Below are positions 12,402 to 24,232 of a stretch of 64,000 nucleotides of DNA, piece by piece. Numbering within the stretch: the first letter of the stretch is position 1; each line of letters begins with the position of its first letter. The stretch comes from Heptranchias perlo (Eukaryota): assembly GCF_035084215.1 (NCBI RefSeq), contig NC_090365.1, forward strand, positions 10,850,001 to 10,914,000, given 5' to 3'. A program made the translations under genes and the position numbers. The notes under the pieces are model-generated. The model made no database searches and was not told the DNA's origin. It worked only from the letters and a program-made list of their open reading frames with translations.

Positions 12402-12856
12402 TTTATTTTTATTCGTTCTTGGGATGTGGGCGTCGCTGGCGAGGCCAGCATTTATTGCCCATCCCTAATTGCCCTTGAGAAGGTGGTGGTGAGCCGCCTT
12501 CTTGAACCGCTGCAGTCCTTGTGGTGAAGGTTCTCCCACAGTGCTGTTAGGAAGGGAGTTCCAGGATTTTGACCCAGCGACGATGAAGGAACGGCGATAT
12601 ATTTCCAAGTCGGGATGATGTGTGACTTGGAGGGGAACGTGCAGGTGGTGTTGTTCCCATGTACCTGCTGCTCTTGTCCTTCTAGGTGGTAGAGGTCGCG
12701 GTTTTGGGAGGTGCTGTTGAAGAAGCCTTGGCGAGTTGCTGCAGTGCATCCTGTGGATGGTACACACTGCAGCCACTGTGCGCCGGTGGTGAAGGGAGTG
12801 AATGTTTAGGGTGGTGGATGGGGTGCCAATCAAGCGGGCTGCTTTGTCCTGGATGT
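12402..12856 (-). mobile_element. Family B LINE 3' fragment
   Basis: ORF 12465-12833 ends HHHLLKGN*, followed by the family tail. Confidence 0.9.
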
Positions 12857-13322
12857 AAGATCCTTTTTGTGAATGCCCAGTCCAATCTTCACACTTTCGA
12901 GTTTAGTTTTAATTTTCTTCAGCCGGTATCTTATAAACATTGAGGAGGAATTTGGTTAACACAGTACTGGAATATTGATCTCCTCATGCTAGCAGCGTTG
13001 GAGACTGCTAATGGCGTTAATCTGCAGGTAAGTGCTGAAAGATTGGATGGTCCGGCTTGCTTTCCCATCCATTGTGTGGCTCACGTTTTGGGGAGTGAGG
13101 GGTGATGGTAAGACCTTTGTTGATTGGACACCAATGAGGAAGATGTTTATCTCCCTATAAGCAGAGATGGGCGTGCAAAATCCAAAGGGGTCAGATTGAT
13201 TCTGATAGTTTCTAATCAACCCAATGTTCTTCTGGTCCAGTGATTTCAACCTGAGTTCTGAAGAGTGCAGTCTAGACCAGTACAAGTACAGTACTCCCAA
13301 TCCCACTCGGATCTCACAGGAT

Positions 13323-13447
13323 CAAAAGCAAAATCTGAAATAAAAACAGAAAATGTTGGAAACGCTCAGCAGGTCAGGCGGCGTCTGTGGAGAGAGAATC
13401 AGAGTTAACATTTCAGGTCGATGACCTTTCCTCAGAACTCAACAGAG
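13323..13447 (-). mobile_element. Penelope-like element terminal fragment with an 11-bp target-site duplication
   Basis: TCTCACAGGAT at 13312-13322 and 13448-13458. The aaaacagaaaatgttggaaac...gagttaacatttcaggtc sequence recurs at about 25925, 26428 and 37900. Confidence 0.6.
13402..13440 (-). ncRNA. Minimal type-I hammerhead ribozyme motif
   Basis: The minus strand reads GAGTT-CTGAGGA-A-AGGTC-ATC-GACCT-GAAA-TGTT-AACTC: 5-bp stem I, CUGANGA and GAAA boxes, 5-bp stem II, vestigial stem III. Confidence 0.55.
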
Positions 13448-13693
13448 TCTCACAGGATATTCTACTAACAGTAAAGTGATCTTTCCGGGTTCTCGAGGTG
13501 AGTTGGAGGAGCCCTCATGGGATTGTCACCAACAAGCATTCCCTGTGATCGGTAATTTCAATAACCAATCACAAAGCTGTATTTAGCAATTGCACACAAC
13601 TAGAATTGTTATGTCATTGGTTATAGAAATGTAAAAATAAAATATCGCTGCAATGGGCTAAAGCCCGTTGCCATGGATATTGAGATGCTGCGT

Positions 13694-13995
13694 AGAATCA
13701 TACGACACAGAAAGAGGCCACTCGGCCCATCGTATTTGTGTCATCCATCCAATTAATTGCACTCCCCCTGCTCTTTCCCCATAGCCCTGCAAATTTCCCC
13801 TTTTTCAAGTATATCTCCAATTTCCTTTTGAAAGTTACTATTGAATCTGCTTCCACCACCTTTTCAAGTAATGTATTCCAGATCATAACAACTCGCTGCA
13901 TAAAAAAAAAATTCTCCTCATTTCCCCCTTGGATCTTTTGCCAACAATCTTAAATCTGTGTCCTCTGGTTACCGACCCTCCTGCCAGTGAAACAG
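13694..13995 (-). mobile_element. CR1 LINE 3' fragment
   Basis: QRVVMIWNTLLEKVVEADSI followed by a CR1 tail. Confidence 0.8.
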
Positions 13996-14314
13996 TGGCT
14001 GCATTGGTGGGCCATTTTTTGATATTTTGAGTTTTCCTATTGTAGCAGGGTTATTGATTTGCGAAAGCTCAAGGGATGACCATTTCAGTCTTTGCCTTTG
14101 TCTGCAGTTGGCCAAAACCAAATTCATTTCGGTTTCTGATGGACCAAACCTTGTATGTGGAAAGGCTAAACCAGTTGCTTTGGATTCTGCTTTTAACCAA
14201 TTGGTTTTGATTGAAGTCTTCAAGTAAAGTTGGATCTCGTCCCAGTTTAAATATCACCTGATCGATATCTCTTACTGTCTGAGAACACCCAGCGGGCAGG
14301 AAATTGGACATGAA

Positions 14315-14422
14315 TTTAGATTTGAGGTTAGGATCAGATCAGCCATGATCTTATTAAATGGCGGAGCAGGCTCAAAGGGCCGATTGGCCTGCTCCTGCTC
14401 CTATTTCTTATGTTCTTATGTT
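14315..14422 (+). mobile_element. CR1 3' tail
   Basis: gatcagccatgatcttattaaatggcggagcagg...ttcttatgttcttatg. Confidence 0.7.
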
Positions 14423-15261
14423 TTTTTAACAGTCGCCAACATTAGAAATGGGATTTGGAGTAACCCCACCTTGATGAAATGGACCCACATGTGACTTATT
14501 TATCAGCTATGAGTAGCTCAGAATGTATATCACAATGTGAAAATATCTCTTACTGACTCAGTCTCAAAAGCATTGAGTTGGGCTTGTACTGTCCAGCGGA
14601 GGAAGGAAGAGAAAGTCAGAGGGTAATTTGAAGTTATAGGTAGACTGAGATGATCAACTGTTCCATGGGACACATGAACTGTTGGGGCCAGGCTGTTGTC
14701 TATTGAGTTTCTGCTGCTGGATAAGGTTCAATGATGGAGATATAATGATGGAGGAATATTCTGGGGCTTTGCTCTATGACATTTGGAGATCAGGGAATAT
14801 TTTTAAGGATGTTGCTTCAGGATATTAATAAATGAGGTAGACTCCATGGTAGGGCAGATTGTGCCTGGCCTATGGAAGGAGCAGGTTGATAATTCAAATG
14901 GCCTTTTCTCATTATATGCTTTCTTATGTTCTTAAATGTCCGATTCACAATCTGGCATCATGCTCTTGAGTATCATGGTTGTGAGAATTTTTAGTTTGCC
15001 AGCTAGCCTTAATTGCTTGACACTTGCTGATGCTTCAAGGTTTCACTTTGGTTAGAAGGTGAGGAGGAAAGAGAAGCAGACTCTGGCATGACTTCCATAG
15101 TTTGGTTGAGCACATTATTGATCTAAGCCTCATCCAGAGACTAAGTTTGCTCTCACTGTCACTGTCACAAGTTTAAAACACCTAGGCATTTATTGCCTGG
15201 TAAATGCTTTAAAGTCATGGGGCCAGAGCATCTATGAAGTTTGGAATTCCAGTGTCCGTAT

Positions 15262-15867
15262 CCTCTCCATCAAAAAGGCCGCCTCAGGCCCTGCCTCAAC
15301 TCAGCTGCTGCTGGAACCCTCGTCCATGCCTTTGTCAGCTCCAGACTCATTTATTCTAATGACCTCCTGGCCGGCCTCCCATCCTCCACCCTCGGTAAAC
15401 TTCAGTTGATCCAAAACTCTGTTGCCTGTATCCTATCCTGCATCAAGTCCCTCTCACCCATCGCTCCTGTGCTCACTGCTGTACTTTGGCTTCCAGTCCC
15501 TTCATGGCCTTGCCCCATCCTACCTCCATAACCTATCTCTGCCTATCCAGCCTATCTCTGTAACCCACCTCCTCAACTCTGCATTCCGCTGACTCTGGCC
15601 TCTTTCCCCCTTTGCCCCACCGTTGGTGGCCATGCCTTCAGCTGCCTACGCCACACACACTGCAATTGCCTTCCTAAACACCACCCCCTCCCCACCTCAC
15701 TCTCCTTCTTTAAGACCCTCCTTGAAACCCACCTCTTTGACCAAGCTTTCGGTCACTCCTAATGTCTCCTTCTTTGTCTCAACATCCATTTTTGTCTGAT
15801 TACGCCTTTGTGAATTGCCTTGGGGTGTTTTTCCATGTTAAAGGCGCTACAGAAATGCAGGATGTTG
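15262..15867 (+). mobile_element. L2 LINE 3' fragment
   Basis: TLVHAFVSSRL.YSN.LLAGLP...LQLIQNS is an L2 ORF2 motif; aaggcgctacagaaatgca tail. Confidence 0.8.
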
Positions 15868-15868
15868 T

Positions 15869-16175
15869 GGTGGCCACGTGGTTATGGCACTGAATTAGCA
15901 GCTAACAAATCGTGAATTCAGATCCCACCACGTTATGATATTGAATTCAAAAGTCTGGTGATTTATGGTACTCAAAAATGACCATGAAAGCTGCCAGATT
16001 GTTGTAAAAACCCAACTGGTTCACTAATGTCCTTCAGGGGAGGGAACCTGCCGTCCTTACCTGGTCTGGCCAAACCCCATTCCAGCCATAGTCGACTCTT
16101 CTCAGGGCACCTAAGAATGGGCTGTGAATTCTCGTCTTGCCAATGTTGCCAACATCCCAAGAATCAATGTTTTTA
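15869..16175 (+). mobile_element. Short tRNA-headed SINE sharing both the 5' body and the 3' tail of the family B LINE
   Basis: gtaaaaacccaactggttcactaatgtccttcagggg...cctgccgtccttacctggtctggcc matches 63210-63280 and runs into a degenerate copy of the LINE tail (cagggcacctaagaatggg...acatcccaagaat). Confidence 0.7.
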
Positions 16176-16464
16176 AAAGCTTGCAAACACCCGAGTCAGC
16201 GAACAGCAGGCAGTTTAGATCCCTGCCTCGGATAGCAATGCAACACCAGTGACAAATGTGAATAATTGGCATCCTTGTTCATTGGAGAACCGTTTTGTTT
16301 TGGCCACGGGTGTTCTGAACACTTGGCCTGCCTGTACAGAGGTTCCCATGTAATTGTCCTGTGCAGAACTTCCCCTGGCACTGGGAAAGGTCCATAACTT
16401 CGAGTCTAGAGCAGTAAATGTGCCGTTTGAGCAACTGCATGTTGAGTAGAAAAGTTGGAAAAAG

Positions 16465-16885
16465 AACTTGCATTTATATAGCCCCTTTCACAACCTCAGG
16501 ATGTCCCAAAGCACTTTACAGGCATTGAAGTACTTTTGAAGTGTCGTCACTGTTGTAACATAGGAAACACGGCAGCCAATTTGCGCACAGCAAGATCCCA
16601 CAAACATTAATGACCAGATCATCTGTTTTCGTGATTTTGCTTGAGAGATCAATATTGGCCAGGATACCAGGGAGAACGCCCCTGCTCTTCTTCAAGAAAA
16701 TGTCATGGGATCTTTTACGTCCACCTGAGACGGGCAGACGGGGCCTCGGTTTAACGTCTCATTCAAAAGTCAGTACTACACTGGACTATCAGCCTAGATT
16801 TCGTGCTCAAGTCTCTGGAGTGGGACTTGAACCCACAACCTCCTGACTCAAGGGTGAGAGTGCTACCCATTGAGCCACAGCTGAC
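16465..16885 (-). mobile_element. Deu-domain SINE
   Basis: Reverse complement of the head, core and L2-like tail. Confidence 0.8.
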
Positions 16886-18384
16886 AGAAGGGGCGCCACG
16901 ATATAAATTGGGTGCAAGTCACTGGTAACCATGCTTGCCTTACAAGAGCTTTGGCGTGACATGACTTCGATGAAAGTGTTGTGTGGAAAAGATCTATTAT
17001 TGTACAAAGCTTGATAAAGAAGGCTGGTCCATTGTATGAATGATTGAGTTGGATGAACAATCCAGGCTGGTTTTCAAACTCTGGCACTCAGAATGGGTGA
17101 GCAACACTCAGCAGGCAAAAGCTGTCAGATGGCCTTGTGGTGGGGTCCGATTACCAGTTTCAATCTGTACAGGCAGAGCAGATAAAAACGCTTTACAGTA
17201 CTTGGTTGCACTTTAGTGACTCAGTAAATGACCGTGTCTGTGAAATGAATAGAAACTGAAAACCCTGAAACCTTTTCTAGTCACACCATCCGAATTCCCT
17301 CCTGCAACTCAAGAATCACAGCTGTCGCCTTGCGTTAAAGGGGAAAGTCCAGAGAACACTACTTCAAACAATAATTACCTCCCTCTTTAAGAGCACCCTT
17401 TCTTGCCTGAATTGCAAGTTGTGACTCGATATTGCATGAATTCTTGTATTGTAACAAACTCAGAAATGACGGTCCATTAAAAATAATAAGCGCCTGAAAC
17501 ACGTGTATGAGAGGCATACGGAGAAAAAAAACCCAGAAAGACGGAGATGGTGGTGGTGGCGGGAGGGTGGACACAGAAAGAATTGGAGAGCGGGAAAGAA
17601 GCAGAGACATAGTGATGAGAATTCTCCGACCAGTTCGATTACAGTGTGAGTACTGACATCGCATTGTCGGCCAATGATTTGGAGGCGGGGTGGGACTCAC
17701 AGCAAACAGAGTCTATTTTAAGTCAGCAAATGAGTGGAGGATAGTTACATAATGCAAATTATACGCATAAAATCCCAGTCATTTGCAACAGTGTGGTCCC
17801 CGGGTGTGATTGGTTACCCAATTGTCCCCATTCTGGCCGGGACTTGTGGTGTCACTGCGTGTAGCCTTTCAATTAACGGTTGGCAAATGATAGTAAACAA
17901 CGCGTTGCCCGAGTTTCTGACATGTGATGCCGTAGGCAAGGCTTCCCCGCTGGCGTCATTCATTCATAAAACAACCCCTATGACTTCACTCTGGCTGTGA
18001 GCAATGCCATGGGAGATTGCATAAAAATTCTCAACAGATTGGAGGGAATATCGTGGAAAGTACTGAGTAGGAATTGAGTTTAATCCAACTGGAATATTTC
18101 TCACAGCGCCACCATTATAGTCCAGGGTTATGTCCCCATCCAATCTCTTACTCGAGGGGCACTCTCGGGAACTTTGTAAGACACTAGACCACCAAGCATT
18201 TAATGAAGATATAAGCATGAGTCTGCTGCAAATATCATAAAATACATCCCAGGTCTAAGGGGGCAGTAGTTACTTCATCGCCCTGAGATTCTGGGTTAAC
18301 CGACCAGCAAATTCAGAAAGAGAATCCTTCAGACGCCATGAGGATGTGAAAGGCGCTATATAAATGCACGTTCTTCCTCTTCTT

Positions 18385-19125
18385 CACTCCAGACATCAAC
18401 TGTAGACATTAAACTCCAGACATTAACTGTAGACGTAAACTCCAGACATCAACTCAAGATATTACACTTCAGACATTCCACTCCAGAAATTACACTCCAG
18501 ACATCAACTCTAGACATTATAATTCAGACATCAACTTCAGACATTACACTCCAGATATGACACCCCAGACATTACACTCAAAACATTCCACTCCAGACAC
18601 TACACTCCAACAGTACACTCCAGACATTACAAACCAGATATTACACTCCAGACATCAACTCTAGATATTACACTCCAGACATTAGACTCCAGACGTTACA
18701 CCCAGACATCAAGTCCAGACATTACACTCCAGACACTACAGCCTTGACATTACACTCCAGACATCAACTCCAGACATTACACTCCAGACACTACACTCCA
18801 GACATCAACTCTAGACATTACACTGCAGACATTACACTTCAGACATCAACTCCAGACATTACACTCCAGACACTACACTCCAGACATCAACTCTAGACAT
18901 TACACTGCAGACATTACACTTCAGACATCAACTCCAGACATTGCACTCCAGACACTACAGCCTTGACATTACACTCCAGACATCAACTCTAGACATCGAC
19001 TCTAGACATTGGACTCCAGACACTACACCCTAAACATTACGCTCTAGACATTCCACTCCAGACACCAACTCTAGACATTCCACTCCAGACATTCCACTCG
19101 ATATATTACACTCCAGATATTACAC
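18385..19125. repeat. Minisatellite with a 14-bp unit (CATTACACTCCAGA)
   Basis: About 50 variant units. Confidence 0.95.
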
Positions 19126-19711
19126 AGATGCAAAATAGTCTTTTTTAAATAAAAGACAGAGAAAGCCATTTATTTATTGTTGGCTTCTGTCCAAGCCTGT
19201 AATTTGCAAGCAGCTACAATTAACCCCTGAAGTTCACAAGTGCTGCAATGACCTGAATGTGTCCATTTAGATCACTTCCCCGCAGGTAATGCTTCAGCAG
19301 CGGCCTTAAAGGGACAGGCGCCCAGTTTCCACCTGAACACCGCAGCTCTGCTCCAAATCTCACACCACCCATGAGCAATGCAACAAGCTAATCTACTCAA
19401 AGAAATTATGGTTAAAAAAAAATCAAGAATATTAATGGGCTCTCAATTCATAGCAGCATATAAACATGTTAATAATGCTCGATGCGTGTTTCAGTATGAC
19501 AGCAGCACTGTTTACTACGAGGTCTCGGGTGAAATCAGGGCCAAACTGCGAAGTCAGGGGCATCCTTCAGAAGTCGATAAAAGGAAGTTTGAAGAAAGGG
19601 AGACTTTTCTTCCCGAGATTCTCCAAGCCCACTTTCCCCAACACGACACTTGCCACCTTGTGGTTCCAGCCCTTTTCCCGAGTGCCCACTGAAGCTATAA
19701 GGCTGCTAAAA

Positions 19712-20168
19712 ATAGAATCATAGGATCATGCAGCGCAGAAGGAGGCCATTCGGCCCATCTTGCCTGTGCCGACTCTTTGAAAGAGCTGTCCAATTAGTCC
19801 CGTCCCCCTGCTCTTTCCCCATAGCCCTGTAAATGTTTTCCCTTCAAGTATTTATTCAATTCCCTTTTGAAAGTTACTATTGAATCTGCTTCCACCGCCC
19901 TTTCAGGCAGCGCATTCCAGATCATAACAACTCGCTGCGTAAAATTTTTTTTCCTCATGTCGCCTCTGGCTCTTTTGCCAATTATCATAAATCTGTGTCC
20001 TCTGGTTACCGACCCTTCTGCCACTGGAAACGGTTTCTCCTTAATTTACTCTTTCGAAACCTTTCACGATTTTAAAAACCTCTATCAAATCTCCTCTTAA
20101 CCTTCTCTGCTCTAAGGAGAACAACCCCAGATTCTCCAGTCTATCCACTTAACTGAAGGCCCTCATCC
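19712..20168 (-). mobile_element. CR1 LINE 3' fragment
   Basis: TRGHRF...FTQRVVMIWNALPE followed by a CR1 tail. Confidence 0.85.
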
Positions 20169-20410
20169 ACTGCCTGAGGCCCACTTGGAGTCCCATTCAT
20201 GCTCAGTGGAAAGTTACAGTCCTGGTGATTCTTTGATAATTGCGGCCTATTGTGTCTCTTGGGTCCCTCTATTAAAGGCTACTGTTGCGTAGTTTTCCTT
20301 TCAATTGAAACTGCTTTGAAGTAGGACTTGCTGCAGGTGGGAAGTGTCTCAATGGGCCTATTGGGTTGCAAAGGCCCCAGAGCTGGTTGGCGCCACAGGC
20401 CCACAGACTG

Positions 20411-20451
20411 AGGTCTCCTGTTATGTTACCTGGTAACATAACAGGAGACCT
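20411..20451. repeat. Perfect inverted repeat with 20-bp arms and a 1-nt spacer
   Basis: AGGTCTCCTGTTATGTTACC-T-GGTAACATAACAGGAGACCT. Confidence 0.95.
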
Positions 20452-20539
20452 GGTAACGGCTTCACACTGGATGATTTCTTTTCATTCTCTTCCCCCTTTC
20501 TTGGTACTTTGCACCTAATCAAATTCTACATTGTGAAAA

Positions 20540-20910
20540 GAAAACTTGTTTTTCTATAACGCCCTTTATGTCGTCCCCAAAGCACTTTACAGCCCATGAA
20601 GTGCAGTCACTGTTGCAATGTAGGAAACACAGCAGCCAATTTTGCATACAGTGAAGTGATAATGCCCAGATAATCTGTTTTTAGTGATAAATATTGGCCA
20701 GGCCACCAGGGAAAACTCCCCTATTCTTCTTTGAGATAATACCATGGGATATTTTACATTCAACTGAGATGATGACACCAGCCCACAGAACAGCACTACC
20801 CTCAGCGCATCAGGTGAGAGTTTATGCTTTAACAAGTGCCTGGAGTGGGACTTGAACCCACAACTTTCTGACTCAGACGTGAGAGTGCTACCCACTGAGC
20901 CATGGCTGAC
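20540..20910 (-). mobile_element. Deu-domain SINE (degenerate)
   Basis: Head, partial core and tail on the minus strand. Confidence 0.7.
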
Positions 20911-21042
20911 CATCAGAGGACTGCAGGCCTTCAGAATCCACTTCATTGAAGCTGACAGGCGGACTCAGTTCACCGAGTGCGCTTGTTACGGTTCTCACGT
21001 AGGAACGCAGAGGCCATGAGATTCAATCCCAACGTAGTAAGC

Positions 21043-24000
21043 TTTTTTTTAATCGTTCATGGGATGTGGGCGTCGCTGGCGAGACCAGCATTTATTGCCC
21101 ATCCCTAATTGCCCTTGAGAAGGTGGTGGTGAGCCGCCTTCTTGAACCGCTGCAGTCCGTGTGGTGAAGGTTCTCCCACAGTGCTGTTAGGAAGGGAGTT
21201 CCAGGATTTTGACCCAGCGACGATGAAGGAACGGCGATATATTTCCAAGTCGGGATGGTGTGTGACTTGGAGGGGAACGTGCAGGTAGTGTTGTTCCCAT
21301 GTACCTGCTGCTCTTGTCCTTCTAGGTGGTAGAGGTCGCTGGTTTGGGAGGTGCTGTCGAAGAAGCCTTGGCGAGTTGCTGCAGTGCATCCTGTGGATGG
21401 TACACACTGCAGCCACTGTGCGCCGGTGGTGAAGGGAGTGAATGTTTAGGGTGGTGGATGGGGTGCCAATCAAGCGGGCTGCTTTGTCCTGGATGGTGTC
21501 GAGCTTCTTGAGTGTTGTTGGAGCTGCACTCATCCAAGCAAGTGGAGAGTATTCCATCACACTCCTGACTTGTGCCTTGTAGATGGTGGAAAGGCTTTGC
21601 GGAGTCAGGAGGTGAGTCACTCACCGCAGAATACCCAGCCTCTGACCTGCACTTGTAGCCACAGTATTTATGTGGCTGGTCCAGTTAAATTTCTGATCAA
21701 TGGTGACCCTCAGGATGTTGATGGTGGGGGATTTGGCGATGGTAATGTCGTTGAATGTCAAGGGGAGGTGGTTAGACTCTCGTGGTGGAGATGGTCATTG
21801 CCTGGCACTTATCTGGCGCCACTTATCAGCCCAAGCCTGGATATTGTCCAGGTCTTGCTGCATGCGGGCTCAGACTGCTTCATTATTTGAAGGGTTGCGA
21901 ATGGAACTGAACACTGTGCAATCATCAGCGAACATCCCCATTTCTGACCTTATGATGGAGGGAAGGTCATTGATGAAGCAGCTGAAGATGGTTGGGCCTA
22001 GGACACTGCCCTGAGGAACTCCTGCAGCAATGCCCTGGGGCTGAGATGATTGGCCTCCAACAACCACTACCATCTTCCTTTGTACTAGGTATGACTCCAG
22101 CCACTGGAGAGTTTTCCCCCTGATTCCCATTGACTTCAATTTTAATAGGACTCCTTGGTGCCACACTCGATCAAATGCTGCCTTAATGTCAAGGGCAGTC
22201 ACTCTCACCTCACCTCTGGAATTCAGCTCTTTTGTCCATGTTTGGACCAAGGCGGTAATGAGGTCTGGAGCTGACTGGTCCTGGCGGAACCCAAACTGAG
22301 CATCGGTGAGCAGATTATTGGTGAGTAAGTGTCGCTTGATAGCACTGTCGACGACACCTTACATCACTTTGCTGATGATTGAGAGTAGACTGATGGGGCA
22401 GTAATTGGCCGGATTTGATTTGTCCTGCTTTTTGTGGACAGGACATACCTGGGCAATTTTCCACATTGTCGGGTAGATGCCAGTGTTGTAGCTGTACTGG
22501 AACAGCTTGGCTAGAGGCGCAGCTAGTTCTGGAGCACAAGTCTTCAGCACTACAGCTGGGATGTTGTCGGGGCCCATAGCCTTACCTGTATCCAGTGCAC
22601 TCAGCCGTTTCTTGATATTACGTGGAGTGAATCGAATTGGCTGAAGACTGGCTTCTGTGATGGTGGGGATATCGGGAGGAGGCCAAGATGGATCATCCAC
22701 TCGACACTTCTGGCTGAAGATGGTTGCAAACACTTCAGCCTTGTCTTTTGCACTCACGTGCTGGACTCTGCCATCATTGAGGATGGGGATGTTTGCAGAG
22801 CCACCTCCTCCCGTTAATTGTTTAATTGTCCACCACCATTCATGACTGGATGTGGCAGGACTGCAGAGCTTTGATCTGATCTGTTGGTTGTGGAATCGCT
22901 TAGCTCTGTCTATAGCATGTTGCTTCCGCTGTTTAGCATGCATGTAGTCCTGAGTTGTCGCTTCACCAGGTTGGCACCTCATTTTTCGGTACGCCTGGTG
23001 CTGCTCCTGGCATGCTCTTCCACACTCCTCATTGAACCAGGGTTGATCCCCTGGCTTGTTGGTAATGGTAGAGTGAGGAATATGCCGGGCCATGAGGTTA
23101 CAGATTGTGCTGGAATACAATTCTGCTGCTGCTGATGGCCCACAGCGCCTCATGGATGCCCAGTTTTGTGCTGCTAGATCTGTTCTGAATCTATCCCATT
23201 TAGCACGGTGGTAGTGCCACACAACATGTTGGATGGTGTCCTCAGTGCGAAGACGGGACTTCATCTCCATGAGGACTGTGCGGCGATCACTCCTACCAAC
23301 ACTGTCATGGACAGATGCATTTGCGACAGGTAGATTGGTGAGGACGAGGTCAAGTAAGTTTTTCCATCGTGTTGGTTCGCTCACCACCTGCCGCAGGCCC
23401 AGTCTCGCAGCTATGTCCTTCAGGACTCGGCCAGCTCGGTCAGTAGTGGTGCTACTGAGCCACTATTGTTGATGGACATTGAAGTCCCCCACCCAGAGTA
23501 CATCCTGTGCCCTTGCTACCCTCAGTGCTTCCTCCAAGTGGTGCTCAACATGGAGTAGGACTGATTCATCAGCTGAGGGAGGACGGTAGGTGGTAATCAG
23601 CAGGAGGTTTCCTTGCCCATGTTTGACCTGATGCCATGAGATTTCATGGGGTCCAGAGTCAATGTTGAGGACTCCCAGGGCCACTCCCTCCTGACTGTAT
23701 ATCACTGTACCGCCACCTCTGGTGGGTCTGTCCTGCCGGTGGGACAGGACATACCCAGGGATGGTGATGGAAGAGTCTGGGACATTGGCTGAAAGATATG
23801 ATTCTGTGAGTATGGCTGTGTCAGGCTGTTGCTTGACCAGTCTGTGGGACAGCTCTCCCAATTTTGGCACAAGTCCCCAGATGTTAGTGAGGAGGACTTT
23901 GCAGGGTCGACTGGGCTTGGTTTGCCGTTGTCGTGTCCGGTGCCTAGTGGTCCGATGCCGGGTGGTCCGTCCGGTTTTATTCTTATTGTGACTTTTTGTA

Positions 24001-24138
24001 GCGAGCTTTTACAACTGAGTGGCTTGCTGGGCCATTTCAGAGGGCAATTAAGAATCAACCACATTGCTGTGGATCTGGAGTCACATATAGGCCAGACCGA
24101 GTAAAGACGGCAGGTTTCCTTCCCTAAAGGGCATTAGT
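21043..24138 (-). mobile_element. Near-full-length family B non-LTR retrotransposon (APE endonuclease + reverse transcriptase, CR1-group/jockey-like), disrupted
   Basis: EN motifs (NIWGL, ILTES, GGG.VIY, YRPP, GDFNVH, LDL, SD.) and RT motifs (GPDNIP, PISLL, LDIKAAFD, PQGSVLGP, FADD) lie across ORFs 23463-23870, 22359-23387, 21870-22250 and 21105-21620. Several stops and frameshifts; the tRNA head is truncated. Confidence 0.92.
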
Positions 24139-24232
24139 TACAAAACCGAATTCAGTAAGAACGTGTTCATCTATGGGTCGGCTCTCGAAAGCGACCATGA
24201 AAGCTGCTGGATTATTGGTAAAAGCCCAGTCG

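Noticed and set aside
18385-19125. CRISPR-like appearance of the tandem arrays (also 53368-53922 and 62515-62790)
   Set aside because: Units are contiguous with no unique spacers, there are no cas genes, and the context is eukaryotic.
21326-23991. Plus-strand ORFs antisense to the LINE, recurring in several copies
   Set aside because: They recur only because the copies are near-identical; they are shadow frames of the RT ORF.
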